From NCBI GenBank assembly GCA_963755915.1, contig CAVWLP010000002.1, forward strand, positions 1,184,001 through 1,248,000: a DNA stretch of 64,000 nt, in the 5' to 3' direction. The DNA comes from an uncultured Phycisphaerales bacterium (lineage in GTDB: Bacteria > Planctomycetota > Phycisphaerae > Tepidisphaerales > Tepidisphaeraceae). The position numbers were made by a program, and so were the translations under genes. Below, one piece after another: positions 29,581-40,200 of this stretch. The notes below the pieces were generated by a model. That model was not told where the DNA came from. It did not search any database and saw only the letters and a list, made by a program, of their open reading frames with translations. Within the stretch, counting starts at the first letter, position 1. The number at the start of each line of letters is the position of its first letter.

Positions 29581-30512
29581 GCCGACCCGCAGAAAAACCG
29601 GATCACCATGTGACACACAGGGCCGTCGTCAAAAAAATGCGCTGGCCCTACCCGCTCATCTGGATCGTCCCCATGGCCGCCGCCGCGATCGCCGGCTGGT
29701 ACTACCACGACCGCTTCGAGCAAAACGGAGCCCAGATCACCATCACCTTCGACGACGCCGAAGGCTTAAAACCCGGCGCAACGCCCGTCTCCCATTTGGG
29801 CGTCGCCATCGGAAAAGTCAAAGACATCGATCTCAGCGACGACAAAAAACACGTCCTCGTTCACGTGGTGCTGATCCGGTCGCAAATGGCCTTCGCACAA
29901 CAAGGGGCAATCTTCTGGATCGTCCGTCCCCAGATATCAATGCAGGCAATCTCCGGCCTCGGCACCGTCCTTAGCGGCCCATATATCGATTCCCTTCCCG
30001 GCAACGGGGACGTGCAAAGCGAATTCGTCGGACTCAGCGCCCCGCCGGTCACCACCGAACCCGGCCTGCGAATCGTCCTCCGCGCCGCCAAGGTCGATCG
30101 CCTCCCCGCCGATGCACCCGTCTACTACAAGGGCGTGCAAGTCGGCTCCGTCGAGACGGTCGACTTAGGCTCCGAGGGCGATGCCGTCGATGTGCATCTC
30201 TTTATCCAGAAACGATATAGCCCCCTCGTGACCAGCAACACCCAGTTCTGGATTATCAGCGGCGTCGACGTGAAGGGCGGCATCTTCTCCGGCCTCCAGA
30301 TGAAGGTCGAATCCCTCCGCTCCCTCCTCTCCGGCGGCATCGGCTTCGCCACCCCCGACAAAGACATGGGCGATCCCGCCCAGGACGGCTCCACCTTCAT
30401 CCTCCACGAAGACGAAAAGAAAGATTGGGACCAGTGGTCCCCCAAGATTCCCCTCGAGCCTGCCAATTCAACCCAGCCGTCACCGACTTCATTGCCGCAG
30501 CTCCCGCAGTAG
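29577..30512 (+). CDS. pqiB: PqiB-like MCE (MlaD) protein with two MCE domains
   Basis: IWIVP, AEGL..G.T.V, FWIVRP, SGLGTVLSGPYI, PVYYKGVQVG and SLLSGGIGFATP motifs. Confidence 0.8.
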   Translation: MSRPAEKPDHHVTHRAVVKKMRWPYPLIWIVPMAAAAIAGWYYHDRFEQNGAQITITFDDAEGLKPGATPVSHLGVAIGKVKDIDLSDDKKHVLVHVVLIRSQMAFAQQGAIFWIVRPQISMQAISGLGTVLSGPYIDSLPGNGDVQSEFVGLSAPPVTTEPGLRIVLRAAKVDRLPADAPVYYKGVQVGSVETVDLGSEGDAVDVHLFIQKRYSPLVTSNTQFWIISGVDVKGGIFSGLQMKVESLRSLLSGGIGFATPDKDMGDPAQDGSTFILHEDEKKDWDQWSPKIPLEPANSTQPSPTSLPQLPQ

Positions 30513-30791
30513 ATTCAATCGGCAATCTCCCCCCTCTTTCCCCACCGGCCGTCATTGCTAATACCTCCGCTTGCCTGTAATTTAACGCCGTCCGGGCAGT
30601 TCGTGGGTCAGTTTAATGGGAAATCGACCCACCCGTCTGGAAACCCGATGGAGCGGGCATTTGATCAGGAAAGTGTCTCACACTTTCTCTACGGCGCACG
30701 GCTGCATGGCCGAAGCTTTACGCCGCCGCGCTAGACAGAGCCTAAGCCCCTCAAAATTCACCGTTCCTCCGCACGGTCAGGAGACGACAGC

Positions 30792-31847
30792 GTGATCTTT
30801 GATTCGCTAATGGGCATGTTCAGCATCGACATGGGCATCGACCTCGGCACCTGCAACACCCTCGTCTGCGTCAAGGGCGAAGGCATCGTCCTCAACGAGC
30901 CCAGCGTCGTCGCCGTAAAAAAAGGCACCAACCGCGTCCTCCAAAACGGCAACGCCGTCGGACTCGTCGCCAAGGAAATGCTCGGTAAAACCCCCGTCAC
31001 CATCGAGGCCATCCGCCCCATGAAAGACGGCGTCATCAGCGATTTTGAAATCACCCAGGCCATGCTCTCCTACTTCATCCGCCGCGTCCACGGCCGAAAA
31101 CATTTCATCGGCCCCCGCGTCGTCATCGCAATTCCCTCCGGCATCACCGCCGTCGAACGCCGCGCCGTCTACGACAGCGCCGAACGCGCCGGCGCCCGCC
31201 GCGTCTACCTCGTCGAAGAACCCATGGCCGCCGCCATCGGCGCCGGACTCCCCGTCATCGAGCCCACCGCCAGCATGATCGTCGACATCGGCGGCGGAAC
31301 CACAGAAGTCGCCATCATCTCTCTCGCCGACATCAGCGCCTGCGAATCCGTCCGCGTCGCCGGCGACGATTTCGACGCCGCCATCGTCGGCCATATGAAA
31401 AAAACCTACAACATGGCCATCGGCGAACAAATGGCCGAAAAAATCAAAATCGAAATCGGCTCCGCCTCCCCCTCCGGCAACGGCGAGCCCACCATGGAAG
31501 TCCGCGGCCGCGACCTCATCAGCGGCCTCCCACGCAAAACCGTCGTCACCAGCGAAGAAATCCGCGAGGCCCTCCAGGATCCCATCAATCAGATTATCGA
31601 TTCCGTAAAGCGCACCCTGGAAAAAGCCGAGCCCGAACTAGCCGCCGACCTCGTCGAAAACGGCATCACCATGGCCGGCGGCTCTTCCCTCCTCCGCGGC
31701 CTCACCACCGTCCTCTCCAACGCCACCGGCTTAGACGTAAAACTCGCCGAAGACCCCCTCACCTGCGTCGCCCGCGGCACCAGCGTCTACCTCGAAAACC
31801 TGGAACTCTGGAAAGAAACCATGGAATCCGACGGGGACGAATCGTGA
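30792..31847 (+). CDS. mreB: rod shape-determining protein MreB
   Basis: GIDLGT, EPSVVA, RPMKDGVI and VDIGGGTTEVA motifs. Confidence 0.97.
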   Translation: MIFDSLMGMFSIDMGIDLGTCNTLVCVKGEGIVLNEPSVVAVKKGTNRVLQNGNAVGLVAKEMLGKTPVTIEAIRPMKDGVISDFEITQAMLSYFIRRVHGRKHFIGPRVVIAIPSGITAVERRAVYDSAERAGARRVYLVEEPMAAAIGAGLPVIEPTASMIVDIGGGTTEVAIISLADISACESVRVAGDDFDAAIVGHMKKTYNMAIGEQMAEKIKIEIGSASPSGNGEPTMEVRGRDLISGLPRKTVVTSEEIREALQDPINQIIDSVKRTLEKAEPELAADLVENGITMAGGSSLLRGLTTVLSNATGLDVKLAEDPLTCVARGTSVYLENLELWKETMESDGDES

Positions 31848-31873
31848 TTATGCAATTGTCCCCCCTCCCCCGA

Positions 31874-31900
31874 CGTAGGGTGGGTGTACTCGCCCACCAT
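31874..31900. repeat. GTAG-type REP-like hairpin
   Basis: GTAG followed by GGTGGG-TGTACTCG-CCCACC stem-loop downstream of mreB. Confidence 0.5.
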
Positions 31901-32177
31901 CCCCGCCCAAGTCCAACACCCCAAGGCCGCCCCGAACGTCACCAGACCAGCCATGTGTCCCCGCGGCGGAACCGCATTCACCTATTCGAGCCAGCGCCTC
32001 CTCTCGTCACCCAGACCGTAACCGATAAAAATCTTCCTTCTATGTTTTCGGAAAACGCAACGGCGTCCCCTTGATATATGTGAATGACAAGTGGTACCGA
32101 CAGAGAATCTCCAACCGAATACAGTTCCTCACAGCGACGAATAAGCCAATAATTCTTTTTCCCGGAAACCCCCACAC

Positions 32178-33032
32178 TTGTCCCGCGTTCAATTCAACCA
32201 GGTCTTCATCGTCCTCCTCCTCCTGAGTTTCCTCAGCGCCTTCGTATTACCCCGCCGCATGACCGACCTCGGCCGAATGCCCCTGCAAACCCTCCTGATC
32301 CCCATCTCCCATCCCACCTATACCCTGGCCAACGCCATCCGAAATCATTTCCAGCCGCACACGGCCGAGGACACCCGCCCGCTTGAAACCATCGAGCAGG
32401 AAAACCTCGGCCTGAAACAGCAGATCCAGGAAATGTCCGCACAGATCGAAGACCTCAAACAGCGCGCCGGCGAGCGTGAAAGCCTCGGCGGATTCGAAAC
32501 CTACTGCACCCGCTTCGAAGTTACCGGCGCCGACAGTGACGACCGCGAGGGCCTGACCATCGCTGGCACCGGCTTCGGCGGTCTCAACGTCGATCAGCCC
32601 GTCCCCGTCCTCTCCTCCGGCGCAGTAATTGACCTGATCGGCCGAATCACCGCCGTAGGCGCGCTCTCGGCTCGCGTTCGTCTCATCACCGACGCCGGCT
32701 TCACCGTCACCGCCCATTTCAAAAGCTATTCCCCCTCCGCTGGATTCCAGGAAAACCCCAATCTCCTCGCCATCGTCAAGGGTCGCGGCACCGGCGAAAT
32801 GTCCATCCAGAATCTCTTCATCAAGGATGTCCGCGACGCAAAGCTTGCCCCCGGCGATTGGGTCGTCCTCTCCGATGACACCTGGCCGCACGCGCTTCAG
32901 GGAATTCGTATCGGCCGCATCTCCTCCATCGAGCCCCTGCCCCAGCAGTCTCTCTTCGCCGACATCCGTCTCGCCCCCGAGCAGGATTTGATGCATCTCA
33001 ACGACGTATGGGTCATGCTTCGCCAGCCATAA
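32178..33032 (+). CDS. mreC: rod shape-determining protein MreC
   Basis: TM, coiled coil (QENLGLK), LIGRI..V....ARVRLITD and P..LQGIRIGRI; lies between mreB and mreD. Confidence 0.8.
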   Translation: MSRVQFNQVFIVLLLLSFLSAFVLPRRMTDLGRMPLQTLLIPISHPTYTLANAIRNHFQPHTAEDTRPLETIEQENLGLKQQIQEMSAQIEDLKQRAGERESLGGFETYCTRFEVTGADSDDREGLTIAGTGFGGLNVDQPVPVLSSGAVIDLIGRITAVGALSARVRLITDAGFTVTAHFKSYSPSAGFQENPNLLAIVKGRGTGEMSIQNLFIKDVRDAKLAPGDWVVLSDDTWPHALQGIRIGRISSIEPLPQQSLFADIRLAPEQDLMHLNDVWVMLRQP

Positions 33033-33043
33033 AAAGGTATTCA

Positions 33044-33544
33044 ATGCGCTGGCTCAGCTTTTTCATTCTCGCGTACATCACCCTCGGCCTTCAAACCGGC
33101 CTCGCCCGCGCCATCCAGTGGGATTCCGCCACCCCCAATTTCGTCCTGATCGCGGTGATTTTCATCGCCATCAACGCCCCGCGCGACGCCGCCCTGCTCG
33201 GCGCCTTCATCCTCGGCGCCCTCGATGACATGACCTCGCAAGGCATTCTCGGCCTCCTCGCCTTCTCCTACGCCCTCTCCGCAGCCATGATCCTTCCCAT
33301 CGCCCGCGGCATGCAACGCAAGCACCCCGCGACCCATTTCGGACTCGTCCTGGCGGCAGGGCTTTTAACGGCGATCATTGTCGCCTTTCACGGAATGATC
33401 CGCCCGGTCACCGGCAGCATCCGCCCGCCCACAGGGCCCCTGTTCTATTCAGCGATCTATTCGGCCGTCCTTGCCCCCTTTGTTCTCGCCGGTTTACAGC
33501 GCATGTCAAAGCTCTTCCGCTTCCAAAGAACTTCCCGAGTGTAA
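33044..33544 (+). CDS. mreD: rod shape-determining protein MreD
   Basis: Polytopic membrane protein with PNFVLI and AFILGALDD motifs; synteny. Confidence 0.82.
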   Translation: MRWLSFFILAYITLGLQTGLARAIQWDSATPNFVLIAVIFIAINAPRDAALLGAFILGALDDMTSQGILGLLAFSYALSAAMILPIARGMQRKHPATHFGLVLAAGLLTAIIVAFHGMIRPVTGSIRPPTGPLFYSAIYSAVLAPFVLAGLQRMSKLFRFQRTSRV

Positions 33545-33731
33545 ACCACCAACCACCATTCCCGGGCACCTCCTCTCCCCGTGTAGCCGCCCCCGCTTGC
33601 GGGGCGCTTCTTGGGGGGTCGCCTCTTGCGATCGTCGGGAATTGCAGAACCGCCCGCATGTCAGATTCTTTGCATTCTCACCAATCGCACCCAAAAAATT
33701 CCCGGATTTTCGAAAAATAGGTACAAAACGT

Positions 33732-35221
33732 TAATCCCGTTCGGCACGGGGTTCGCGCAAGCAGCAAGATATTGAGATTGCGCCTTTGATCTTTTTATGG
33801 CATGCTGCCGGACGTGCAGGCAAGACTGAAGGAAAAAGAGATCCTGTGCCTCGGACATCTGCGGCGCGTCTTCGCGCTGCTGCCCACGCTGCGGGATGTG
33901 GGCTGTGAGCGGGATCGAGCCGGGAACCGCCAGCTTCACTTCGACGATTATTGCAAGCTGGTTTTGCTTTACACCTGGAATCCGCTGATCCAATCCCTGC
34001 GGGATCTTCAGGAGGTTGCTGAACTGCCCAAGGTGGCCAAGGCGCTGGGAATTAAGCGTTTTTCCGTGGGCAGTTTCTCTGAATCGGTTCGGGTGTTCGA
34101 GCCGGGGCGTTTGACGCCGCTGATTGAGGAATTGGCGGGGGAACTGCCCCAGGCGCCCGATCCGCGTCTTGCGGACTTTGGGCAGGCGATCACGCTGGTC
34201 GACGGGACGGTGCTGACGGCGCTGAGTCGGCTGGCCAAATCCGCTTGCGGCATCGATGCGCACTACAACACCTCCCGGGACGGGAAAGCGGTCTATGGCT
34301 GGCGTTTGCACGTTCAATTCGATCTGGAGACGTTCAAAGTCCATCGCCTCGACCGCACTGGCGCTCGCAACGCGGGGGCCAACCGTGAAAACAACGTCCT
34401 GCGGCGCAGCCTGGAAGCAGGACGGTGCTATGTAGGAGACGGCGGCTACGCCGACCGGAGCCTCTTTGCGGACATCGCCGCGGCGCAAAGCTCCTTTGTG
34501 ATGCGGGCCGCGGAAAACTCGGTGTTTGAGCTGTTTGAAGAACGATTGCTTTCACAGGAAGCATTGGACGGCGGCGTGGTGCGAGACGCGCTGGTGAAAC
34601 TCGACGGCCTGGAGACGGCGGCGGATAGGGTGGTGCGACGGGTGGAAGTGCAGGTGAAACCCCATCCGCGCCGCACGCGCAGCGGCAACAAGCCGACGGA
34701 CCTGATCATCCTGTACACGAACCTGCTGGACCTGCCGGCGGAATTGATCGCCCTGATTTATCTGTACCGCTACACCGTTGAGTTGTTCTTCCGGATCTTC
34801 AAGCAACTGCTGGGCATGCGTCACCTGCTGAGCCAACGCCAGGAGGGGATCGACATCCAAATCCACTGCGCGCTGATCGTCTGCGTGCTGATTCAGCTGA
34901 TCAGCGGCAGGAAGCCGAACAAGGCGATGCGGAACATGATCGGCTGGTATCTGCTGGGGCTGGCCGAGGAACAGGACGTGCTTCGATTCCTGAACAAGCC
35001 GGATAACACCGGGATTAAGCTGAGGGCAAGAGCGGAGGCCTTGAAAAAACTGGGAGTAAACTGAAGGGGAATCCGTCGCCGCGGAGACCTCGCGGTTGAT
35101 GCTGCGCTCTTGCGGACGCCGGCGTGCAGCAGGGGAAAGTAAAAGTATCTAAGCTTCAATTGTTTCGCGTCCTCCACAGCTTTGGAATGCTCCGATGAAG
35201 CCTGCGTGCCGAACGGGATTA
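33732..35221 (+). mobile_element. IS4-family insertion sequence, copy 2 (1490 bp)
   Basis: Same 17-bp terminal inverted repeats; 9-bp direct repeat ACAAAACGT at 33723-33731 and 35222-35230. Confidence 0.94.
33802..35064 (+). CDS. IS4-family DDE transposase (intact, 420 aa)
   Basis: DDE residues and YREK-like motif. Confidence 0.92.
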   Translation: MLPDVQARLKEKEILCLGHLRRVFALLPTLRDVGCERDRAGNRQLHFDDYCKLVLLYTWNPLIQSLRDLQEVAELPKVAKALGIKRFSVGSFSESVRVFEPGRLTPLIEELAGELPQAPDPRLADFGQAITLVDGTVLTALSRLAKSACGIDAHYNTSRDGKAVYGWRLHVQFDLETFKVHRLDRTGARNAGANRENNVLRRSLEAGRCYVGDGGYADRSLFADIAAAQSSFVMRAAENSVFELFEERLLSQEALDGGVVRDALVKLDGLETAADRVVRRVEVQVKPHPRRTRSGNKPTDLIILYTNLLDLPAELIALIYLYRYTVELFFRIFKQLLGMRHLLSQRQEGIDIQIHCALIVCVLIQLISGRKPNKAMRNMIGWYLLGLAEEQDVLRFLNKPDNTGIKLRARAEALKKLGVN

Positions 35222-35596
35222 ACAAAACGTACACCTTTTGGACCTGTATATAGACGCGTGCGTTTTTCTTACCCCGAGCATATTCGCGCAGCGTGCGTCG
35301 ACGGATTTTTTTCCCATGAATGTCGCTTCTCACTCAGCGATCTCCGCGCTCTCCAGCGAAGCGGGCGGTGATACGAATTGTCCGGGCTCCAAACAGAGCA
35401 CCCCAAACGAAGTTACCCGAAATTGTGGGAAATTTTGGGGAAAAGCGAGAAATTTTGCAGAATCATGCTTGAACGCCCACGGTACTGCCGTGGGTTTTTG
35501 AAGAACCCCAGGTTCCGATAATACCCGCCCCATTTATTCAAGCCCCCACGCCTCTCCGTCCGATAACCCAAAAATCAATCTAAGGAAAGGCGACCT

Positions 35597-36070
35597 ATGA
35601 AAGCATACACCCTGTCGATCTGTGGCGGATTCCTGGCTCTGGCCGTTCTACTTCCCCTCAGCGGGTGCGCGGTGGAAGACGGCCGTCCATCCCTCCTCCC
35701 CAATGCCGACCCGCTCCTGCGCAAGACTTCCACGGAACTCGCCGCCGACGCCGCCAAACGCTCCTATCCGATGGACGCTCCCCGCGGCTCCGACACCATC
35801 GCCCGCGCCCAGTACAACCTCATGGAGAAGCAGTTCGAAGTCGCCAACCTCAGCGGCTCCGACATGCAGAACGTCGAGGTCTGGCTCAATCAGAAGTATG
35901 TCGTCAGCGTTCCCGATTTTGATCATAACAAAGGCAAAACCCTCGACTTCGGTCTCTTCTACGACAGCGAAGGCCACCATTTCGACACCGACTTTGGCGG
36001 CAACCCCGTCAAGACCCTGCAAATCTACCAGGGCGGAAAACTCTACGACGTAGTCGCCGTGCTCGAATAG
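35597..36070 (+). CDS. hypothetical lipoprotein
   Basis: Lipobox LSGC; AAGG RBS; C-biased codon usage like its neighbours. Confidence 0.75.
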   Translation: MKAYTLSICGGFLALAVLLPLSGCAVEDGRPSLLPNADPLLRKTSTELAADAAKRSYPMDAPRGSDTIARAQYNLMEKQFEVANLSGSDMQNVEVWLNQKYVVSVPDFDHNKGKTLDFGLFYDSEGHHFDTDFGGNPVKTLQIYQGGKLYDVVAVLE

Positions 36071-36128
36071 TCGCGGTCATTCCGACGCGGTTGAGACGCC
36101 CGGCCTATAGCCTTATAGTTATCGCCCC

Positions 36129-37592
36129 ATGCTGTTTACCGACCCGTGTTTCCTTTTCCTCTACCTCCCGGTAGTCCTGACGATCTACTATCTCACCCCC
36201 CGGGCAGGCAAAAATTACGTCCTCCTCGGCGGCAGCATCCTCTTCTACGCCCTCGGTGAAGGCTGGTCGACCGCCGTCGTCCTCGCATCGATCATCATCA
36301 ATTTCATCCTCGGCAAGTTCATCGCCGCCGCCCCCGATGAAACTGAAGCACGCAACCGGGCAGCCATCGGCATCGTCGTCAACCTCTTCATTCTCTGCGT
36401 CTTCAAATACGCCGCCTTCTTCGTCATGAACCTTAATTTCCCCTTGGCGATGCTGGGGATCAAGACGATTCCGCTCCCCAAAATCCACCTCCCCCTCGGC
36501 ATCTCCTTCTTCACCTTCCACGCACTCTCCTACCTGATCGATATCTTCCGCAAGGAAGTGAAGCCGATGGAGCGCTCCAGCACCTTCGGCCTCTACATCA
36601 TGCTCTTCCCCCAGCTCATCGCCGGCCCCATCATTCGTTACAAAACCATCTGCGATCAGTTCACCATCGGCGGCCCGCGCGGACGCAAGCATTCCTGGGA
36701 CAATTTCTCCGAAGGCGTTCGCCGCTTCATCATCGGCCTGGGCAAGAAAATGCTCATCGCCAACACCGTCGCCAAAACCGCCGACCTCATCTTCACCATC
36801 AAGCCCAACCTCATCACCCCCTCGGTCGCCTGGCTCGGCGTCATCTGCTACACCCTCCAGATCTACTTCGATTTCTCCGGCTACTCCGACATGGCCATCG
36901 GCTTGGGCAAAATGTTCGGATTCACCTTCCCCGAAAACTTCAACTACCCCTACATCGCCACCAGCATCACCGACTTCTGGCACCGCTGGCACATCACCCT
37001 CTCAAGCTGGTTCCGCGACTACCTCTACATCCCCCTCGGCGGCAACCGCGTCTCCAAGCCCCGTCTCTATTTCAACCTGCTCACCGTCTTCTTCCTCTGC
37101 GGCATGTGGCACGGCCCAACCTGGACCTTCATCGCCTGGGGACTCTTCCACGGCCTGTTCCTCATCATCGAACGCGTCGGCCTCCGCGAATGGCTCCAGC
37201 GCCGAATCATCCTCCGGCACATCTATGTCCTCGTCGTCGTCATGATCGGTTGGGTCTTCTTCCGCGCCGATGATTTCAACCTGGCCTGGCAATATCTCGG
37301 AAGAATGACTTTCCTGACGAACAACACCAACGCCTTCTTCGGCCTCCGCCAGTGCCACGGCTTGGCCCTTGAGCTGTCCCTGGCCGCCGGAATTCTCGGC
37401 AGCCTGCCGATCGTCCCCATGCTCGGCAGCCTGGTCGACCGGCTTTATGCAACATTGGAAGGCGCCGGAATGTGGATCGTGGATCTCCTCGCCGGCATGG
37501 GCGAATTCGCCGCCCTGGGCGCAATTTTCTTCGCCTCCGTTGCCCTTTCCGCCGCCGGAACCTACAACCCCTTCATCTACTTCCGCTTCTAA
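36129..37592 (+). CDS. MBOAT O-acyltransferase, AlgI/PatA-like
   Basis: LPLGISFFTF, FPQLIAGPI, DFSGYSDMAIG, FWHRWHITLS.WFRDY and FIYFRF motifs. Confidence 0.93.
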   Translation: MLFTDPCFLFLYLPVVLTIYYLTPRAGKNYVLLGGSILFYALGEGWSTAVVLASIIINFILGKFIAAAPDETEARNRAAIGIVVNLFILCVFKYAAFFVMNLNFPLAMLGIKTIPLPKIHLPLGISFFTFHALSYLIDIFRKEVKPMERSSTFGLYIMLFPQLIAGPIIRYKTICDQFTIGGPRGRKHSWDNFSEGVRRFIIGLGKKMLIANTVAKTADLIFTIKPNLITPSVAWLGVICYTLQIYFDFSGYSDMAIGLGKMFGFTFPENFNYPYIATSITDFWHRWHITLSSWFRDYLYIPLGGNRVSKPRLYFNLLTVFFLCGMWHGPTWTFIAWGLFHGLFLIIERVGLREWLQRRIILRHIYVLVVVMIGWVFFRADDFNLAWQYLGRMTFLTNNTNAFFGLRQCHGLALELSLAAGILGSLPIVPMLGSLVDRLYATLEGAGMWIVDLLAGMGEFAALGAIFFASVALSAAGTYNPFIYFRF

Positions 37593-37697
37593 ATTGAAAA
37601 CCACGATTCAACGACATCTTCTCTCCCCGTTTAGCCGCGACCCGCAGGGGAGCGCTTTCCGTGCGTCCCAAAACTTGCGGTCCACGATCTGAACGCC

Positions 37698-38899
37698 ATG
37701 CACATGCAGTCGAAATCCTCAATCTTGGAATTCCAATCGGGGACAACTCAAGCCCCGCCCCCGCAGCGCATTCGCCCCCTCAGCCGAAGGCTCATCGCAA
37801 TCCTTTTCGTCCTCGGAATGTTCGTCCCCTTCATCGGCACCATCATGAAATGGGATCCGGTCCAGTCCCAGGAAAACCGCCTGATGGCCAAGTACCCCGG
37901 CATCCCCAAAACTTTCGTAGATGTCAAACACTGGTCCGAACTCATGATGATCGCCTACCGCGATCATTTCGGCTTCCGCAACACCCTCATCCGCGCCCTC
38001 GCCGTCCATGGCGGCCTCGCCGTCGACCAGAACACGCAAATCATCATCGGCAAGAACGGCTGGCTCTACTATCCGCCCGGCCACAACAACATGCTGGCCG
38101 ATCGCAACCTCGACCCCTTCAGCAGCGAAGACCTCGACATTTGGCAAGCCGTCCTCGAGCGCCGCCGCCAGTGGTGCCTCGACCACGGCATGCAGTTCAT
38201 CGTCGTCGTCCCCCCCGACAAGCAGAGCATCTACCGCGAATTCATGCCCGATTCCTTCGCGCCGTTAGGCCCCACGACCCGCCTCGATCAGCTCATCCAG
38301 CGACTGAAGGAAACCCATTCCAAGGTCAATCTCATCGACCTTCGCGCCACCCTCCTCGCCGCCAAGACCAAACAAACCATCCCCATCTATTTCAAAACCG
38401 ACACCCATTGGAACGATTACGGCTCCTGGTATTCCTATCCCGTTCTGATGGACGAGGTTAACCGCGTGCTCGGCACCCACATCGTCCCCCAGCCCGCCAG
38501 CAATTTCTATCCCATCCAAACCTGCGCTCCGGCGACCTCGCCCGCTTCATGGACATGTATTACGAATACGGCGAAATGTGGCCCCAATTCGTCCTCAAGG
38601 CCAAAGCCCAGCCCACCTTCCTCCTCGAAAACGCCTTCACCCCCGTCGTAACCCACGGCGATCCCAATGGCCCCCGCGCCTACATCATCCACGATTCCTT
38701 CGGCAACTATTTCGGCCCCTTCATCGAGCCCCACTTCAGTGTCATCCAGTGGCAATGGACCAACGTCCTCGAAGGCTATCGCGTCCTCAGCGTCAAACCC
38801 AATCTGGTCATCGACGAATTCCTCGAAAGAATGCTCTACTTGCAGCAGCCAACCGACACTTCCGATATCATGGCCACCCAGTATCACATCGGCCAGTGA
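37698..38899 (+). CDS. AlgJ/AlgX-type SGNH O-acetyltransferase, frameshifted near 38520
   Basis: ENR.., DHFGFR, GKNGWLY, PDKQSIY, TDTHWN and HDSF motifs. Confidence 0.85.
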
Positions 38900-38904
38900 C
38901 GCCT

Positions 38905-40155
38905 ATGTCGACAACGCCCGCAAGACTAACCCCCGCCCCCGGTACTCCGGGGGAGGGCAGGGGAGGGGGTGCCCCGCAAACGCAAAAACCTCCAATCCCG
39001 AAACATCCCTCGCCGCTCCTTCGCAAGCTCTCAATCCATTTCCTCGCCGCAATCTTTCTCCTCAGCCTCTTCATCCCACTTCTCGGCCTCTGCTTTCACT
39101 GGGACCCCTCCCACGAATCCAACGAAAACCGCCGCCTCGCCGAATTGCCCAGCCTGCCGCACACGATGAAAGATCTCAACGCCTTCGGCGACAACCTGCT
39201 CGACTATTACCGCGACCATTTCGGCTTGCGCAACACCCTCATCCGCGCCGTTGCTCTAACCCGCGTCCGCGGCTTTAGCGACGACACCGACGGCTCCGTC
39301 CTCATGGGCCAAAACGGCTGGCTCTTCCTCCGCCCCGACGGCGACACCAACCTCATCGCCACCCGCGGCCTAAACCCCCTCACCGACGCCCAGCTAGACG
39401 CCTGGCAATCCGTCCTCGAAAAACGCCGCGCCTGGCTCGCCGCCCAGGGCATCCCCTATCTCCTCGTAATTCCCCCCGACAAACCTACGATCTATCCCGA
39501 ATACCTCCCGCCGCAGTACGCCCCCCTCCGCCCAATCTCCCGCCTCGATCAGCTCTTGGATCGCCTGCGCGATTCCCATTCCCCGATCGATTTCGTGGAT
39601 GTTCGCCCCGCCCTATTGGCCGCAAAATCCTCCGGCCAGCTCTATTACCGCACCGACACCCATTGGAACGACTGGGGCGCCTTCATCGCCTACCAGCAGA
39701 TCATCGCCGCCATCCAGAACCTCCTGCCCCAGTGGCACATCGTCCCCCAGACCCGCGAAGATTTTGCCCCCGGAAAACTCGCCCCCTGGCCCGGCGACCT
39801 GGCACGCATGATGGACATGCCCGATAAATTTCAGGATTCCACGATCCCCCTCCTGCGTAAGAAGCCCTACCCCATTCCCGATTCCCTGAGCATTCGCAAC
39901 AGCGTGGTAACAATCGACAACCACAATCCCTCCCTGCCGCGAATCGTCCTTTATCGCGATTCCTTCGCAATCGCCCTGGTCCCGATGCTCGGCCCGAATT
40001 TCGGACGAATCGTCTACGCCTTTCACTACACGATCGACCCCGATTTAATTTCCCGCGAAAAGCCGGATTTGGTGATCGATGAATTCCTGGAGCGGAATCT
40101 TTTTCTAGACCCTCCCAAAGATCCCCTTCCGATCAGTGGATTTAAACTGAGATAA
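38905..40155 (+). CDS. second AlgJ/AlgX-type O-acetyltransferase (start uncertain)
   Basis: ENRRLA, DHFGLR, GQNGWLF, PDKPTIY, TDTHWN, GDLARM and RDSF motifs. Confidence 0.87.
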   Translation: MSTTPARLTPAPGTPGEGRGGGAPQTQKPPIPKHPSPLLRKLSIHFLAAIFLLSLFIPLLGLCFHWDPSHESNENRRLAELPSLPHTMKDLNAFGDNLLDYYRDHFGLRNTLIRAVALTRVRGFSDDTDGSVLMGQNGWLFLRPDGDTNLIATRGLNPLTDAQLDAWQSVLEKRRAWLAAQGIPYLLVIPPDKPTIYPEYLPPQYAPLRPISRLDQLLDRLRDSHSPIDFVDVRPALLAAKSSGQLYYRTDTHWNDWGAFIAYQQIIAAIQNLLPQWHIVPQTREDFAPGKLAPWPGDLARMMDMPDKFQDSTIPLLRKKPYPIPDSLSIRNSVVTIDNHNPSLPRIVLYRDSFAIALVPMLGPNFGRIVYAFHYTIDPDLISREKPDLVIDEFLERNLFLDPPKDPLPISGFKLR

Positions 40156-40200
40156 GTCCCTCACGGTTCTTGTTTAGCCGCGACCCGAAGGGAAGCGCTT

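Noticed and set aside
30513-30791. Riboswitch or ncRNA in the long mreB leader
   Set aside because: Hairpins are present (GTGGGTC...GACCCAC) but I recognise no aptamer consensus; an Rfam cmscan would be needed.
522-35221. Composite transposon formed by the two directly repeated IS copies
   Set aside because: Each copy has its own distinct 9-bp target duplication, so they are independent insertions; the interval holds housekeeping genes.
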